Positions 1 through 11,789 of a stretch of DNA of 64,000 nucleotides are shown piece by piece (position 1 is the stretch's first letter; every line of letters starts with the position of its first letter). The notes under the pieces are model-generated. The model was not told where the DNA came from. It worked only from the letters and a program-made list of their open reading frames with translations, and ran no database searches. The DNA comes from Lama glama. Taxonomy: Eukaryota. The position numbers and the translations under genes are program-made. The stretch spans positions 18,974,001-19,038,000 of the forward strand of contig CM052832.1 of assembly GCA_028534125.1 (NCBI GenBank). The letters run 5' to 3'.

Positions 1-459
1 AAGGGGCCAAGAGATGCAGAGGTAGAACACCTGGATGCGTTCTCAGCTTTGGCCCCTGGAGCTCCTTAACTTGGCTTCTTCTACTTAAAAAAAAAAAAAA
101 ATTGGTGAGGGCTCCTCCAGAGAAGGGAAGATGAAAGAATTTATGTGGGAAGATATGCATTATTATTCACAGTCTCTATTCTGATTCTCTTGATTACAGC
201 CTGCGTCATGCAGTTTTTAGAAGTCTGTAAATGGTGTGTTCTGATCGACTTCAGTTGCTTATTGTTAGCGACTGGAATGATTCATTTATGGAACTATAAT
301 TCTACAGAAAGACTTATAACGCAGAATTATTATGAAAATAAATAACTGATAAGGGATTCGTGGTACTGCAGTGAATCTATCACATGAAACAATGACCTGT
401 GTGTTTGAACTACAGTCTGATAATTTAAAAAAAAAGCATGGAAATGTTTGTTAAACCTT

Positions 460-647
460 ATGTTTTAATAGTTGATTTACAATACTGTGTTAGTTTCAGA
501 TGTACAGCAAAGTGATTCGTTTATATGTTTTTTTCAGATTAAATAATATAGGTTATTATAACCAATTTAGGTTATTATAAGATATTTAATATATTTTCCT
601 GTGTAATACAGTAAATCCTTGTTGCTTATCTATTTTATGTATAGCAG
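460..647 (-). mobile_element. L1 3' UTR fragment fused directly to the U6 3' end
   Basis: atagttgatttacaatactgtgttagtttcagatgtacagcaaagtgattc...gttgcttatctattttatgtatagcag is the reverse complement of the L1 3' end seen at 36370-36557. Confidence 0.85.
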
Positions 648-753
648 AAAAATACCAATCACTTCATTAACTTGTGTCTTCCTTGCCCAGGAGACCATGA
701 TAATTTTCTCAGTATCCTTCTAATTTTAGCATACATTCTGCTGAAGTGAGCTT
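648..753 (-). pseudogene. U6 snRNA retropseudogene, near full length and diverged
   Basis: The reverse complement (GCTCACTTCAGCAGAATGTATGCTAAAATTAGAAGGATACTGAGAAAATTATCATGGTCTCCTGGGCAAGGAAGACACAAGTTAATGAAGTGATTGGTATTTTT) aligns end to end with U6 (GTGCTCGCTTCGGCAGCAC...ATATTTT). It has many substitutions, including in the ACAGAGA box. Confidence 0.9.
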
Positions 754-1840
754 TCATTTTTTTAAAGCATACATACAAATAAAAAGATGTTTTTACTAAG
801 GAAATGAGCAAGTTGAATGTTCACACTTTGCAATCATTATGTATTAACAGGGATAAATTGATCTGTCCTGTTAATTCTCTCTGCCTGGAAGTAAATTTCT
901 CTGATTTATCCCAGTCTCCCTAAATCGTTGATGTTTTGTATGAAGTAATGTGAATTGCTACTAAACAACACAGAGGTGATTAAAAAAGAAAACTGAGAAA
1001 ACGATGACATTTCAGAAGAACCCAGTGTCCAAAAGTTACTCTATGGAATATTCTAATATTCTATACAGAACAAGGCTGTGTAAAAGAGTATGCCATCACA
1101 TACCAGCAGTTTCAAAGTTGACTGGCTTCCCAGAGGCCCATACACATGTTCTCTGCATGGTAATTTTAGCAAATTAAACCGCTCTAATAGGGATGGTGGT
1201 TTCATTACTGGTCCTTGCTGCTGCATACCAAGAAGGTGGTCATATGAACAACATATGCTGAGTATATTTTTGGTTGCCAAAAACCAAATAATTTACAATC
1301 AGGATGCAAAGCAGTTAGGTACAGCAATGTGTAAATACCTAGATTATCAACAAAGCAGAATTATGTTCCTTTTTTCGTACACCAAGAGCATGTAATCATG
1401 TCTCACTATCCTTTGCCCTGTTTGAAGGATTTGAACTATAAAAACACGAGTGAAGCAAAAAAACCATTTAATCCTTAGCTTACAGAACAATTTAGTGCAA
1501 AGAAAGAACAAACGTTTACGGATCCATCAACATATGGCAAATTCCCAACAGCAAAGACAAAAGAATACATCACAGGCTTATTTGTACACATGCGAAATGC
1601 CACGTCACTTGGATTCTGAGTCCAAAGGCACTGTCAGGATACTTTGGCTCTCAGATGCCCACATAACTCCTAAAATCAGACAAAGCTCTCACTCAGGCCA
1701 GTAAATTAACTTCCACTCTTCGCTGTCTGTGACCCTCTGCTTGTTGATGTCCTTTGCTAATCTACCTAAAGGGGAGTCAGAGGCATTTTTATAGAGCAGG
1801 AAAATGAGGAAAGTGACATTTCCCAAGACCACTTGTCTCT

Positions 1841-1986
1841 GGGGAGGGTCATAGCTCAGTTGTAGAATGCATGTTTAGCATGCATAAGGTCCTGGGTTCA
1901 ATACCTAGTACCTCTATTAAAAAATAAAGAAAGAAACAAATAAACAAACAAAGACCTGGGGAAGTACTGTTAAAATACAAAACAAA
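1841..1986 (+). mobile_element. tRNA-Ala-derived SINE (camelid vic-1 type)
   Basis: Head is GGGGAGGGTCATAGCTCAGTTGTAGAATGCATGTTTAGCATGCATAAGGTCCTGGGTTCAATACCTAGTACCTC, with an A-rich tail. A ~20 bp TSD (ttcccaagacyacytgtctc) lies at ~1820-1839 and ~1987-2006. Confidence 0.9.
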
Positions 1987-2384
1987 TTCCCAAGACTACC
2001 TGTCTCCTTCACTCAATCACCTCACCAGTTTCAACCCTGTTCTAGTTTCAACCCTCTGATCACTCGCAGAATTCACTCCATCCTCTGGGTCACATTAGAA
2101 TTATTCTGAAGGGCTACTTTTTATTTTCTGGGTCAAATGTCACTAGGAAATGCTTGGCCGTCTTCGGACCCTGCATTTTCAATTTTGTCTCTGGTTCACT
2201 AGTGAGAAAGTGGTTTTCATGCATTTTCTGGGGTCCTTCCCCACTGCCTCCATTCGCCCTGTCAGGTCAGCCTGGGCAAAGTTATCAACAGAGCAAATGA
2301 TTCTTTGCTCTGCCTGGGAGAATGCAGGTCACAGACTCTCTCTGGACAGATCTTCATGGGGCTTTAGACTCCCTACTGATCAAA

Positions 2385-2840
2385 TAATTTATTCATGGGG
2401 AAAAGGGAGGAAGAAAAGACAAGAGACTCAAGAGATATACTGTCCAGATGCAATGTGTAGGCCCTGTTTTGATCACAATGACTGATCTACTGAAAAAAGT
2501 CATTTCTGAGACACCTGGGACATTTTAACATGGACTAGATATTAGAGGATACTAAGGAAATATTGCTCATTTGGCTAGGTAAGAAGTGGAAATCGAGATT
2601 ATGCAAGAACATGTCAATACTCTTGAAATGCCCACAGAAGCGTGTAGGAGTGAAATGACATGATGTCTAGGTTTGCTAGACCTTTTGCTAAATCTTGATT
2701 TGCTAGATTTTAAATGTTTCAACAACAACAACAAAAGGGATGGAGCAAGTGTGGAAAATTCCTGACAACTGTTGCATGTGTGATGGGTTTCCAGGAATTT
2801 GTTATCCCATTTGCTTTCGTTTTGCGCATATTTGAAATCT
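2385..2840 (+). mobile_element. Ancient L1 (L1ME/L1MC-like) 3' region
   Basis: catggactagatattagaggatactaaggaaatattg... and gtgaaatgacatgatgtctagg are characteristic of old L1M 3' ends. Confidence 0.6.
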
Positions 2841-4454
2841 TAATTTACTGGGTGTTCAGTGGCCCAGTGCTATATAAGAAGGCGATCCCAAATAGTGTAT
2901 GGGTGTCTGGGTCCTCATCCAGCATAAAGCAGGCAAGCATAGCATCAAACAGTCATTCTTAGACTTCACCCCCTTCACGAAGCACTTCAGAACACAGTGG
3001 ACGTAGGAGTAGAGGAAGTAGGATGAACGCAATACATGATAATCCTTGTCTCCCCTAATCTTGCTGCAGATAAAGATGAAGTCATAGAGAAGGGAAATTT
3101 GTCTGTTTTCTCTAGAAGGAGAAGGAGACTTGGTTTGGCCTTTTAGCTTGGTGGGTCTACCCAATCCCACTTCAAAGCAAACAAGAAGCCTATAATTTGA
3201 CCACACTGGTGGTCAAATTAACTGGCTTTAATAAGTTCCAGACCTACCTAGTTTTCCACTCCTCCAAGACCAACATCTGTGTAAACACAGAAACCCCTAA
3301 CTGGGACCATCTCTCTTGGACGTGAAACAGACCAACAGGGAGAGGAGTTGGGGGGTCAGGGAGTGTCAGGTTTTGCCTCTGTCCTCTGGCTGGTAGGAAT
3401 ATTCTGAGACTTTCACCGTGGACAAGGGCACAGAGGGGTCTAAGGCTGTCAGGACTTGGAGAAACAAATGCATACTTTGAACAAACTGGCAGCATGCAGC
3501 TTGGTGGCATTGGTCATACAAAAATGAAAAGATGAAATAACCTCTGTGTAGGGAAGTCAGGTGCTCAAACCAATTGACAGAGGCCTTCTTTAGTGCCAGT
3601 GATAAAGTTAGAAGGATTTAGAATAGGCGACCCTTCGTAAATCAAAATAAACAGAATGGCGCAACTTTTGGTGACCATACAGCTGTTTGTATCTCTAGGA
3701 TCACCTAGTGAGGTGATTCATAATAACATTTCATGTTGGCAGACTGCTCTTTTCCAAATGTTTCGATATCTGTCTCCTGACAGCAACCCTGTAAATCAGG
3801 TAGGACCATTACTGTGATTCCTGTCCCATTGGTCACGAAATCGACCTGTAGGCAACGGTTCCAACGAGATTGTTGGCAGAGCTGGAACTCCAATCAGAGT
3901 TTCTACCCTCACATGTGGTCTTGCCTCTATCTGTCTCTGTTTTCCTTTAGCTGAGAAGGCAGAATTCCTCTTCTAGTTTTCTTAATGTGACTTTCCATCA
4001 ACTTGGAGTAGAGGGTCACCAGTACTCAGAATGCCCTGTCATCCCACAGACATCATTAATCAGTACTGATCAGGTGCTCAGAGAGTTCAAGAACAATTGA
4101 TCCTTGGCTCACTGTCACTCTCCCTGCTTTTTATCTTCTTATTCCATAACCATTTCCCACACTGAGATGCTCATGATAGGGTAATAACACAGTATCACAA
4201 TAATAACAGTATTTTAGATTCAACAAAAATAAATGAGTGGTCCTTGCTATTCAGGGTAATGCCCTCTACCTTCAACTCTTGTGATTAAATCCAGAAAGTC
4301 ACGTCCATGGTTAGGAACTGAGTTATTGGGTTTATTTGAAGATATTTACCACATTAAAATAAATATTTAACCTACAGACCCGGCCTCTGTACCTTCCTGC
4401 TGATGCAATTCAGTCACCTCTAGAAAAAGCCTAATATAACGCACCATCTAATTT

Positions 4455-4580
4455 AGAAAGTCTCAAATCTGGCTGCATATTAGAATTATCTGGAGAGCTT
4501 TTTATGGGATTGTCTGAGCCTCATCCCCAGAGACCATGACTGAATTGGTCTGGGCACAGACATTTAGAAAACATATCTTG
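4455..4580. mobile_element. MER5-like hAT-Charlie MITE
   Basis: tctcaaatctggctgcatattagaattatctggagagctt...ccccagagacc...aattggtctggg. Confidence 0.6.
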
Positions 4581-4939
4581 CCAGGGTTTACATAATCATC
4601 GATCACATCTGCCTTCCATTCTTTCAATATGGAAAAATCGAATCATGAATGTCCTTCAGTTGCGTGATTCCAACTCCACTACAAAAAATATTTGAAAAAG
4701 GCATCGCAAGTCTTTACCAGAAACACAGGACAATGTTGTACCTCTTATTTAGTAGCAAAAAGGAATGGCTTGGGAATCTTAGGATTTAAAAGAAAAACTT
4801 TTCCACTGCTGCAATGATGCAAAAGTAACAACATAGCAGAACTGGAACTCGTGGTCATCTAATCTTGTGCTTTCTGTGTGCTGACAAAAGCAAATGCCTT
4901 CCATCTCAGGGCTGCTGAGACCAAAGAATTCAGTGGCCC

Positions 4940-5175
4940 AGCAGTACCACTTTATCATGTATTGTCCGGGCAGGTGGCTTAACCTCCCCAGACCTTAATT
5001 ACCTCATATATTGTAAACCTGTAACTTACACTGTACAGCAATTAGACTTCCATTCTTTGAAAAAAAAAAGGGAAAAAGTACAATTGGGGTGATAAAAGAA
5101 CTAGACTCATAGGTTGCTGTGAAAATCAAATAGGTTAATGAATTAAAGTGCTTAGAACAGTGAATAAGTGTTCTC
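4940..5175 (+). mobile_element. MIR SINE interrupted by a short L1-like tail fragment
   Basis: gggcaggtggcttaacctc...ataggttgctgtgaaaatcaaataggttaat...aaagtgcttagaacagtg. Confidence 0.55.
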
Positions 5176-6238
5176 TATTCTTATCCTTACAGGGATGAGG
5201 ATGTACTATGAAGTCACCTCCAGTTTAATGAGGTCTAGATGGAGACTTCCTGTGCATCTCCCAGAGAAGAAAACTTTCAAAGAAGGTTGATTTCAGGAGT
5301 TTTATAACTTACCTAGGAATGCATTTATTAGTACTGTGTGTTTTCAAGTCTCTTGAAAGTTGGATTAGCTGAGCTAGGCTTCAATTAGAGCGCCTATATA
5401 ATATCTGCAGAGGGGGTAAAAAATAGTTGATCCTTCCTAAATTTAAAAAAAAAATGCAGTTGGTATTAAATACGGTGCGAGATCCTAGGATATTTTACCA
5501 CCAAGCAGGCATTTTGAAGAGTTGATTTTCTATGGTATGATCTGTTAGCTTTTCAGCACCCTCCAGGCAACCAGCTGCTCAGAACATTTTCTTTCCTGAA
5601 GGCTGTCATTCACATTGTGTGTTTCTCAAACCTCCTCCCAAGACTTTGGAATTGAAAGTACAGAGAACGTCGAATGTGGGTGTTGAGCACAACTGAATGG
5701 GATGAGCAGAATTTGGAATGTGAACTAGGCAATGTCTTTTAAAAATGACACATATTCACATAAGAATGTCTTTTGATCCTCAGGAGGGACAAAAATTTTC
5801 TCTGCACCAAAAATACATCATTTGGCAGGATGGGTTTATTGTTTCCAAGTCAGCAGTGTGGGTGTTCCAGCCCCAAGAGCAGATGCCCTCCAACTGTTCA
5901 GCTCGGGGTATTCAGGGTGATGAGGAATAGGGGGCAACAGCATGGACAGGTGGCTGGACACAGCCAGTCCCTGCACCCCCTACCCTCCTGCCGCCTTCCA
6001 GAGCTGGATTTCAGATCACACTGTGTGCCACAATTAATATTCTCAGCAGGGAAGGCAGTATCAAATTTACCAGTTACGTTTTTGTTAGTACTTCCAGAGT
6101 CATGGAAAATGGTTTAAGTGAGAGCATTTGTCTCAATAAATAAGAGGACACTTAAAACTTAACACATGTATATGCACATTACACATTTCCTGAGAGTCAG
6201 TTCAGAGACAGTGTCATGCCATCCCAGCTCTAATTAAT

Positions 6239-6314
6239 AGAGATTGTCACAGTCAGTGACTTTGTAAGCGACTCTCAGAGACTGTCACAGTCAGTGACTT
6301 TGTAAGCAACAGAG
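6239..6314. repeat. 38-bp tandem duplication, 2 copies
   Basis: agagattgtcacagtcagtgactttgtaagcgac and agagactgtcacagtcagtgactttgtaagcaac. Confidence 0.9.
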
Positions 6315-7329
6315 AGAAGCAGCAAGTAAGAACAAGGAAGCAGTAGGATCCAGAAACTTAAACACACGTGCACACACAGACATCCCAACTTGTGTGCTAC
6401 ATGGTTAGGTCATCAGTTCACAGTCACACAGTTGGTGTAGATCTCCTCTTTGGAACAATGACCTCTGCTCAGTTTCTTCTTCTCTAAAATGGGGCTCATA
6501 ACATTTTATTTTGTTAAGTTATTGTGAGGATTAAAGGACATCAAGTCTGTATAATGCCAGGCACAGAGTGTATACTCAGTAAAACGAATGCCTACCACAA
6601 CCAACACCACCACCATCATCAAGGTCAAGAATAAAAAGACAAAATGCTTCACCTAAACAATGGACTTCTTATGTTTTTATCCTCTGTTTTATTTTGCATA
6701 ATCGAGTTGGTCTTGCTAAAAACTTCAAATCTCAAGTGCTGAATTCTGACACTGTAGTAAGATTACCATGAAGTTGCAACTCAACTGTCTAAGCTGGGTT
6801 CCCCTGTGAGGGTGTGTGGGGAGGAGGAGTCATCTTCAACTCCTTCTGCTGACCTTGTCAGAAGACAAAATCTGATTACAGCATGTAACTCTGTCTTAGA
6901 AAAGTTGAATCCCACCCCCACCCCCAGCAAAAAAGAGCAACTGAAGGCCAAATATGTACATGTTTCTTTTTCCTCTTCATGAAGTTGCCTTTGCTAGCTC
7001 CTTTGGGATCCTTTGGGTTCTCGATGTAGGGATAAGAAAATACGAGTGAAGTCAACAAGCAAAGTGTTGACTTTCGTACTTCCTTGCCATGCTTTGGTTT
7101 AATGAGCTCGACTTAACCTCCTCTGTAGCTTCCTACATAAGACTTTTTTTTTTTTTAATAATTCATTGCTGGGGGAGTTTGACCTCCGAGAAACTGCTGT
7201 ACTTGGCATGTCTATCTTCCTGATAACAATACCTTCAACGGTAACTATGTACCCCTTTCTGTCTGGCTACGGGGAAGTTCAGAGCAAACCTTGCTGCTCA
7301 ATTGTAGCATAAATGTTAATTCTTAAAAA

Positions 7330-7420
7330 AAATTTTTTTTATTGAAGGGTAGTTGATTTACAATGTTAGCTTCAGGTGTACAGCAAAGCGATTCAGTTAT
7401 ATATATACATACATATAAAG
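7330..7420 (-). mobile_element. Short L1 3'-end fragment
   Basis: ttttttattgaagggtagttgatttacaatgttagcttcaggtgtacagcaaagcgattcagttatat. Confidence 0.8.
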
Positions 7421-8849
7421 TTAGAATATTGACTTTCCTCAGCTCCTCTTTTTGAAAGTTATTCTCTTTTTTAAAATTGTATATTATTGTAAACTGTCTC
7501 AAATTTTTGAAGCCATGGAGTCTAATTTTTTTTTTTGGTAAACTTTAACCAAGTCTTACTCTTCTCCCAATGACAATATATGAATTCAAAGAGGCTTTAA
7601 CAGCTATCTATTGATTGACAAAAGTCACAAGAATATTTCCATCCATGTCCACTCATTGCCTCATAATTTGTTCCAGCTGCTTGTTTTTGTTTTATTTTTT
7701 GGAAGCCACTGGACCCCAGAGGTTCCAGACAATGTGGAAACAAGTGATCATTATTGTAAATCCCCCATACATCTTGATAAAGGAGATAATCATCGTTCCC
7801 AATGAATTATTCCCATGAAAGAAATTTTACTCAGGCTAACATAGGGCCCATGAAGATAATTTCTCTTGCACTGATTAGAACAATGGGCATTTCTGGAAAA
7901 GAGCAAATGGGAGTTAAGTCAGTGAATCAAAGCTTTTGTTCTAAAAATTGTATTCAAATCTAGTCAGTCCAAATCTGAGAACTCTATTTGTGATGCAAAT
8001 CAAAGGCAAAAAATACTTCTGTTTAACAAACCAATGCAATTTTGCAAATCACACACACTGGTTACCACTTTCAGTCTTTTCTGAGAGAGTGATAGAAGTG
8101 TGAACCATGCATGGCTTAATCAGACCTGACACTGTTCATTTTTCTTCAACTGCAGGTAATTATCCTGTATAATTCTCCCATGCATACATTAAACTGCATG
8201 AATTAACAATGATCTTGTTTTCCTACATCCAGTAATTAAGACAAAATTGATCAAGGGTTACTTTACAGGCTGGTATGGATTAGACAACAGACCTTCTAAA
8301 AGGGAAGCAATGACTCCTTTTTTCTCTCAAGTTTGCTTTTTCTCCATTTCTTTCCCATTTTGTGGGGTTTCCAGATCCCTGAGGCATTGTGAGGGGCAGT
8401 CGTTTGCAACGAGGAAGGGGCAGGCTCGCTACTGACATGGCGTCATTTATCAGGATGCATCGCTCACTCAGAGGAAAAGTGCCTGTTTCGCTTCCTGATG
8501 ATCAGGGACCTCTCAACACGGGCACGCTGCTTACTTAGCTGGAATAATGAACCTTTGGGCTGGATAATGTGAAAAAGCATCTCGGTGATTACAATAGAAT
8601 CCTGAAGAGACTCGTTAATCCCTAGACATCAACTAAGAATCTCAACCTGAAAACTGCATGCACTGTCTAAGTATTGAATGGCTAAGCGATCTGGCAACGA
8701 CAACCCAGCTCAGTTACCTGGGAGTACTCAGGCATAGGAAAGATGCTACTAACTGGCAGTTATAGGAACTCTGAATCTGGGGACTTTGTATATTTACATC
8801 CACTGCCACAGCCCAGACTGATACCAGATGGCCCCAATTTAAAACTATA

Positions 8850-9000
8850 CTCTGCTCTACCAATTTTGCTGAACCTCAGTTCTCTCATCAATAAATTAGA
8901 GATGATAATAGTAATTACCTTGGGGTTATTGTGAGAATTCAGCGAATGAATACATGTGCCTGGCCCACTGGAAATGCTATTAAGTGAAGGCTGTTATTAT
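8850..9000 (+). mobile_element. MIR SINE
   Basis: MIR core: ctgaacctcagttctctcatcaataaattagagatgataatagtaattaccttggggttattgtgagaatt. Confidence 0.7.
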
Positions 9001-10734
9001 TAATATTATTATATAAAACGTTTTTATTTAGATTGGGTGTTTCACTAGGGAAGAGGGGTTTTACGTCAACATGCAATATGAGACACATATAGACATATCT
9101 GTAATTCAGAATTTGGACTTACTCTTAAATATTGCAATGGCTTCAGACTTGCCTGTGCTCAGGAAGGCCTCGCCTCTGTACCTGAATTCAGGATCACATA
9201 ATTTACTTAAAGGGAGAAGATGCAGGGAAAGTCATTTTGCACACAGAATCTACATGCAAGGTCTACCTGGGTCTGTTTTCCCCATTTAGATTGTAAGGGA
9301 GTGAGATTTATTTCTTAAATGAAAACTATATATTCTCTCAATATTTTTTTTTCAGTACCTCTAACCCAGTAATTGTCTATTCACATATATGAAAACATCT
9401 TGAGTTAATGTAGCCCCTTTGCCTCTTCTTGCTTTGACTGTTTCCTTCCATTCATAGGGAAAGAGCCATTTTGCAACACTCAGAGTCCCCCCAAATTACA
9501 TCTGGAAAATATCTTAATGTGAAGAAACACACTTTGAGGATCTAAACAAAAAATAAAATAAATAACCCTTGGAAAAGAAACAGCACATGTCATTTCTATC
9601 CTATTTTAGGCCAAAGGCCATTTGACAACATTCAAAGGGCAAGCTTTTTTAGGGATGTCATGGGAGCCTGCAAAGGGAACAGTTCCTGACCTTTCTCTTC
9701 TCATTATCAGGGCAGGTTTCCACTTGCTAAGCACAGTATCAAACTGAGAGCATTAGTCAGGTAATAAGAGGAACTAGTCATGCTTCAGGCTCTCAATGAA
9801 CTGAGCTTCGAATAGGCCATAATTTGGTGACTGAAGGTGATGGGCAGGCAGAGCAAATCCTCCTCCTCCCCTCCAGCTTAACACTGATTTTGCTCCAAAG
9901 GCTGGTTGAGTGGCTATTCTGGGATGGCAGACCCTGAAAGGGAGTGAGAACAGCTCAGCATGAACCCAGCCTCTTAGACAGGCCAGCAGCGTGATCTCCG
10001 ACAAGTTAAATCCTTTTGTTTTGTTTCCTCATTTGTGAAACTAGGGACATTAATGTTAGTCTTGCCTACATCCTGGAGATCTCTAGTTTAAATGGGACAA
10101 TGGATGTGATGAAAGTTGCTGAAGACTACAAAACCCCACAGAAATAGAAGGTACTATGGGTTAGACTAATGTATTATTATGCGTTATTTTCAAAGGGACC
10201 TTGAACTTGAACTTCAGGAGCAGTAAACTTTAGGTATCAAGGAAGGAGGTACATGCCAAAAAGAAGTGGTAGAAAAGAAAAAAGAGCAATCAGTCTGCCG
10301 GGGAGGAAGGGATGGAGTTGCATTGTGTGTTAGTCCTGCTATGTTTCATTTCTTTTTCTCCATCTCCTGAGTCCCTAGTTTGAGGACACGCCCGAAAGTA
10401 AAGATTTGCAGCCCCTCTACCTGCGACACTGACGTTACTGGGATTCTTACTTATTCACATGGTGAATTAGCCAGTTTGAAATTCTTTCTCAGTGCTACCA
10501 ATTCCACTTTCCTAAACCCTCCCCTCAGCAAACCAACCCAAATGTACGATAGTTTGCTTCTGATAGATACATTAAGAGTGAGTTTCTTAAGCCAACATTC
10601 TGTAGAAGGAAAAGGTAGGCTTTAGATTTGGTTACCCTACTACTGACATCTGTCATGCATTTACCTCACAGTGAAGAAACCGGACAGGAACAGCACAAGA
10701 CTGTGGTTTTAACTGACCTCTTTTCTGCATCTGA

Positions 10735-11245
10735 CTGTATGCGCCAATCTGGTTATTTATTGCTGTGTGACAAATCATCCCAAAATGCAGTGGCCTAAAA
10801 CAACAACAGTGAGTCAGGAACTGGGAAGGGCTCTGCTGGACAGTCTGGCTCAGGGTCTATCATGCAGTCAGATGGTGGCTGGATACAGAGCAGCAGGGGC
10901 TGGAGGAGCTGGGGGCTGGCCAGGCATCTCTCTCTTCTTGTGGTGGCAGGTCTGTCCACGTTGTTGGCTAGTTGGGCTTCCTTACAGCATGGCAGCCTCA
11001 GGACAGTCAGATAGCATACATGCTGGCTGACGGCTTCAAGAGCTAGTGTTCTAGCCAATAAGAAGCTGAGTTATCTTTTGTGACCTAGCCTTGGAAGTCA
11101 CATTAATCGGAAGAGTCAAAATTTTAAGGGAAGGGAACATAGACATCATTTCCCAATGGAAACAGTATCAGAGTCACTTTGTAGGAAGGATCTGGAGGGT
11201 GGGAGATACTGGCGAGGCCATCTTTGGAAAATGCAGTCTGTCATA
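10735..11245 (-). mobile_element. MaLR solo LTR (MLT1F/G-like)
   Basis: ttgctgtgtgacaaatcatcccaaaatgcagtggcctaaaacaac...cttttgtgacctagccttggaagtcac...ggccatctttggaaaatgcagtctg. Confidence 0.75.
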
Positions 11246-11296
11246 TAGGCTGACGGTATAAAGTTGTGTTAAGCTGTAGTATGTCAATAATTATCC

Positions 11297-11546
11297 CTGG
11301 GGGGAAAGGGGGTGGGAAGGAATAAATTGAGAGTTTGAGACTTGCAGATACTAACTAGTGTATATAAAATAGATAAACAACAAATTTCTACTATATAGCA
11401 CAGGGAATTATATTCAACATTTTGTAGTAACCTATAACAAAAAAGAATATGAAAAGGAATATATATATATGTATACACACACATGTACGACTGATACATG
11501 CTGTACACAACATTGTAAATTGACTTTACTTCAGTTAAAAAAAAAA
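11297..11546 (+). mobile_element. 5'-truncated L1, 3' UTR with A tail
   Basis: ggaataaattgagagtttgagacttgcagatactaactag...cacaacattgtaaattgactttacttcagttaaaaaaaaaa, flanked by atccctg on both sides. Confidence 0.9.
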
Positions 11547-11789
11547 TCCCTGATACTGACACTTATGTACCCGTACCACCCTGCCAATGGTAGCTAACAG
11601 ATCAGATAGTAACTTCCAGTTTGGGAAAATGGGCAACTATTCTGATGCCTTCTCCTCCCCTCCCTCTTGTGCCTTAATGACTTAATAACACTTGTTAAAC
11701 TTCCTAAAAATCTCAAGCATCCAATTCTGTTCTGCCACATGCCTCTGTCCCTCAGAGCAGGATAGTCAAGAGCTGTGCACATACACCCA

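Noticed and set aside
1841..1915. tRNA-Ala-like sequences (also at 28.8, 30.1 and 46.75 kb)
   Set aside because: These are SINE heads with A-rich tails, TSDs and broken stems, not tRNA genes.
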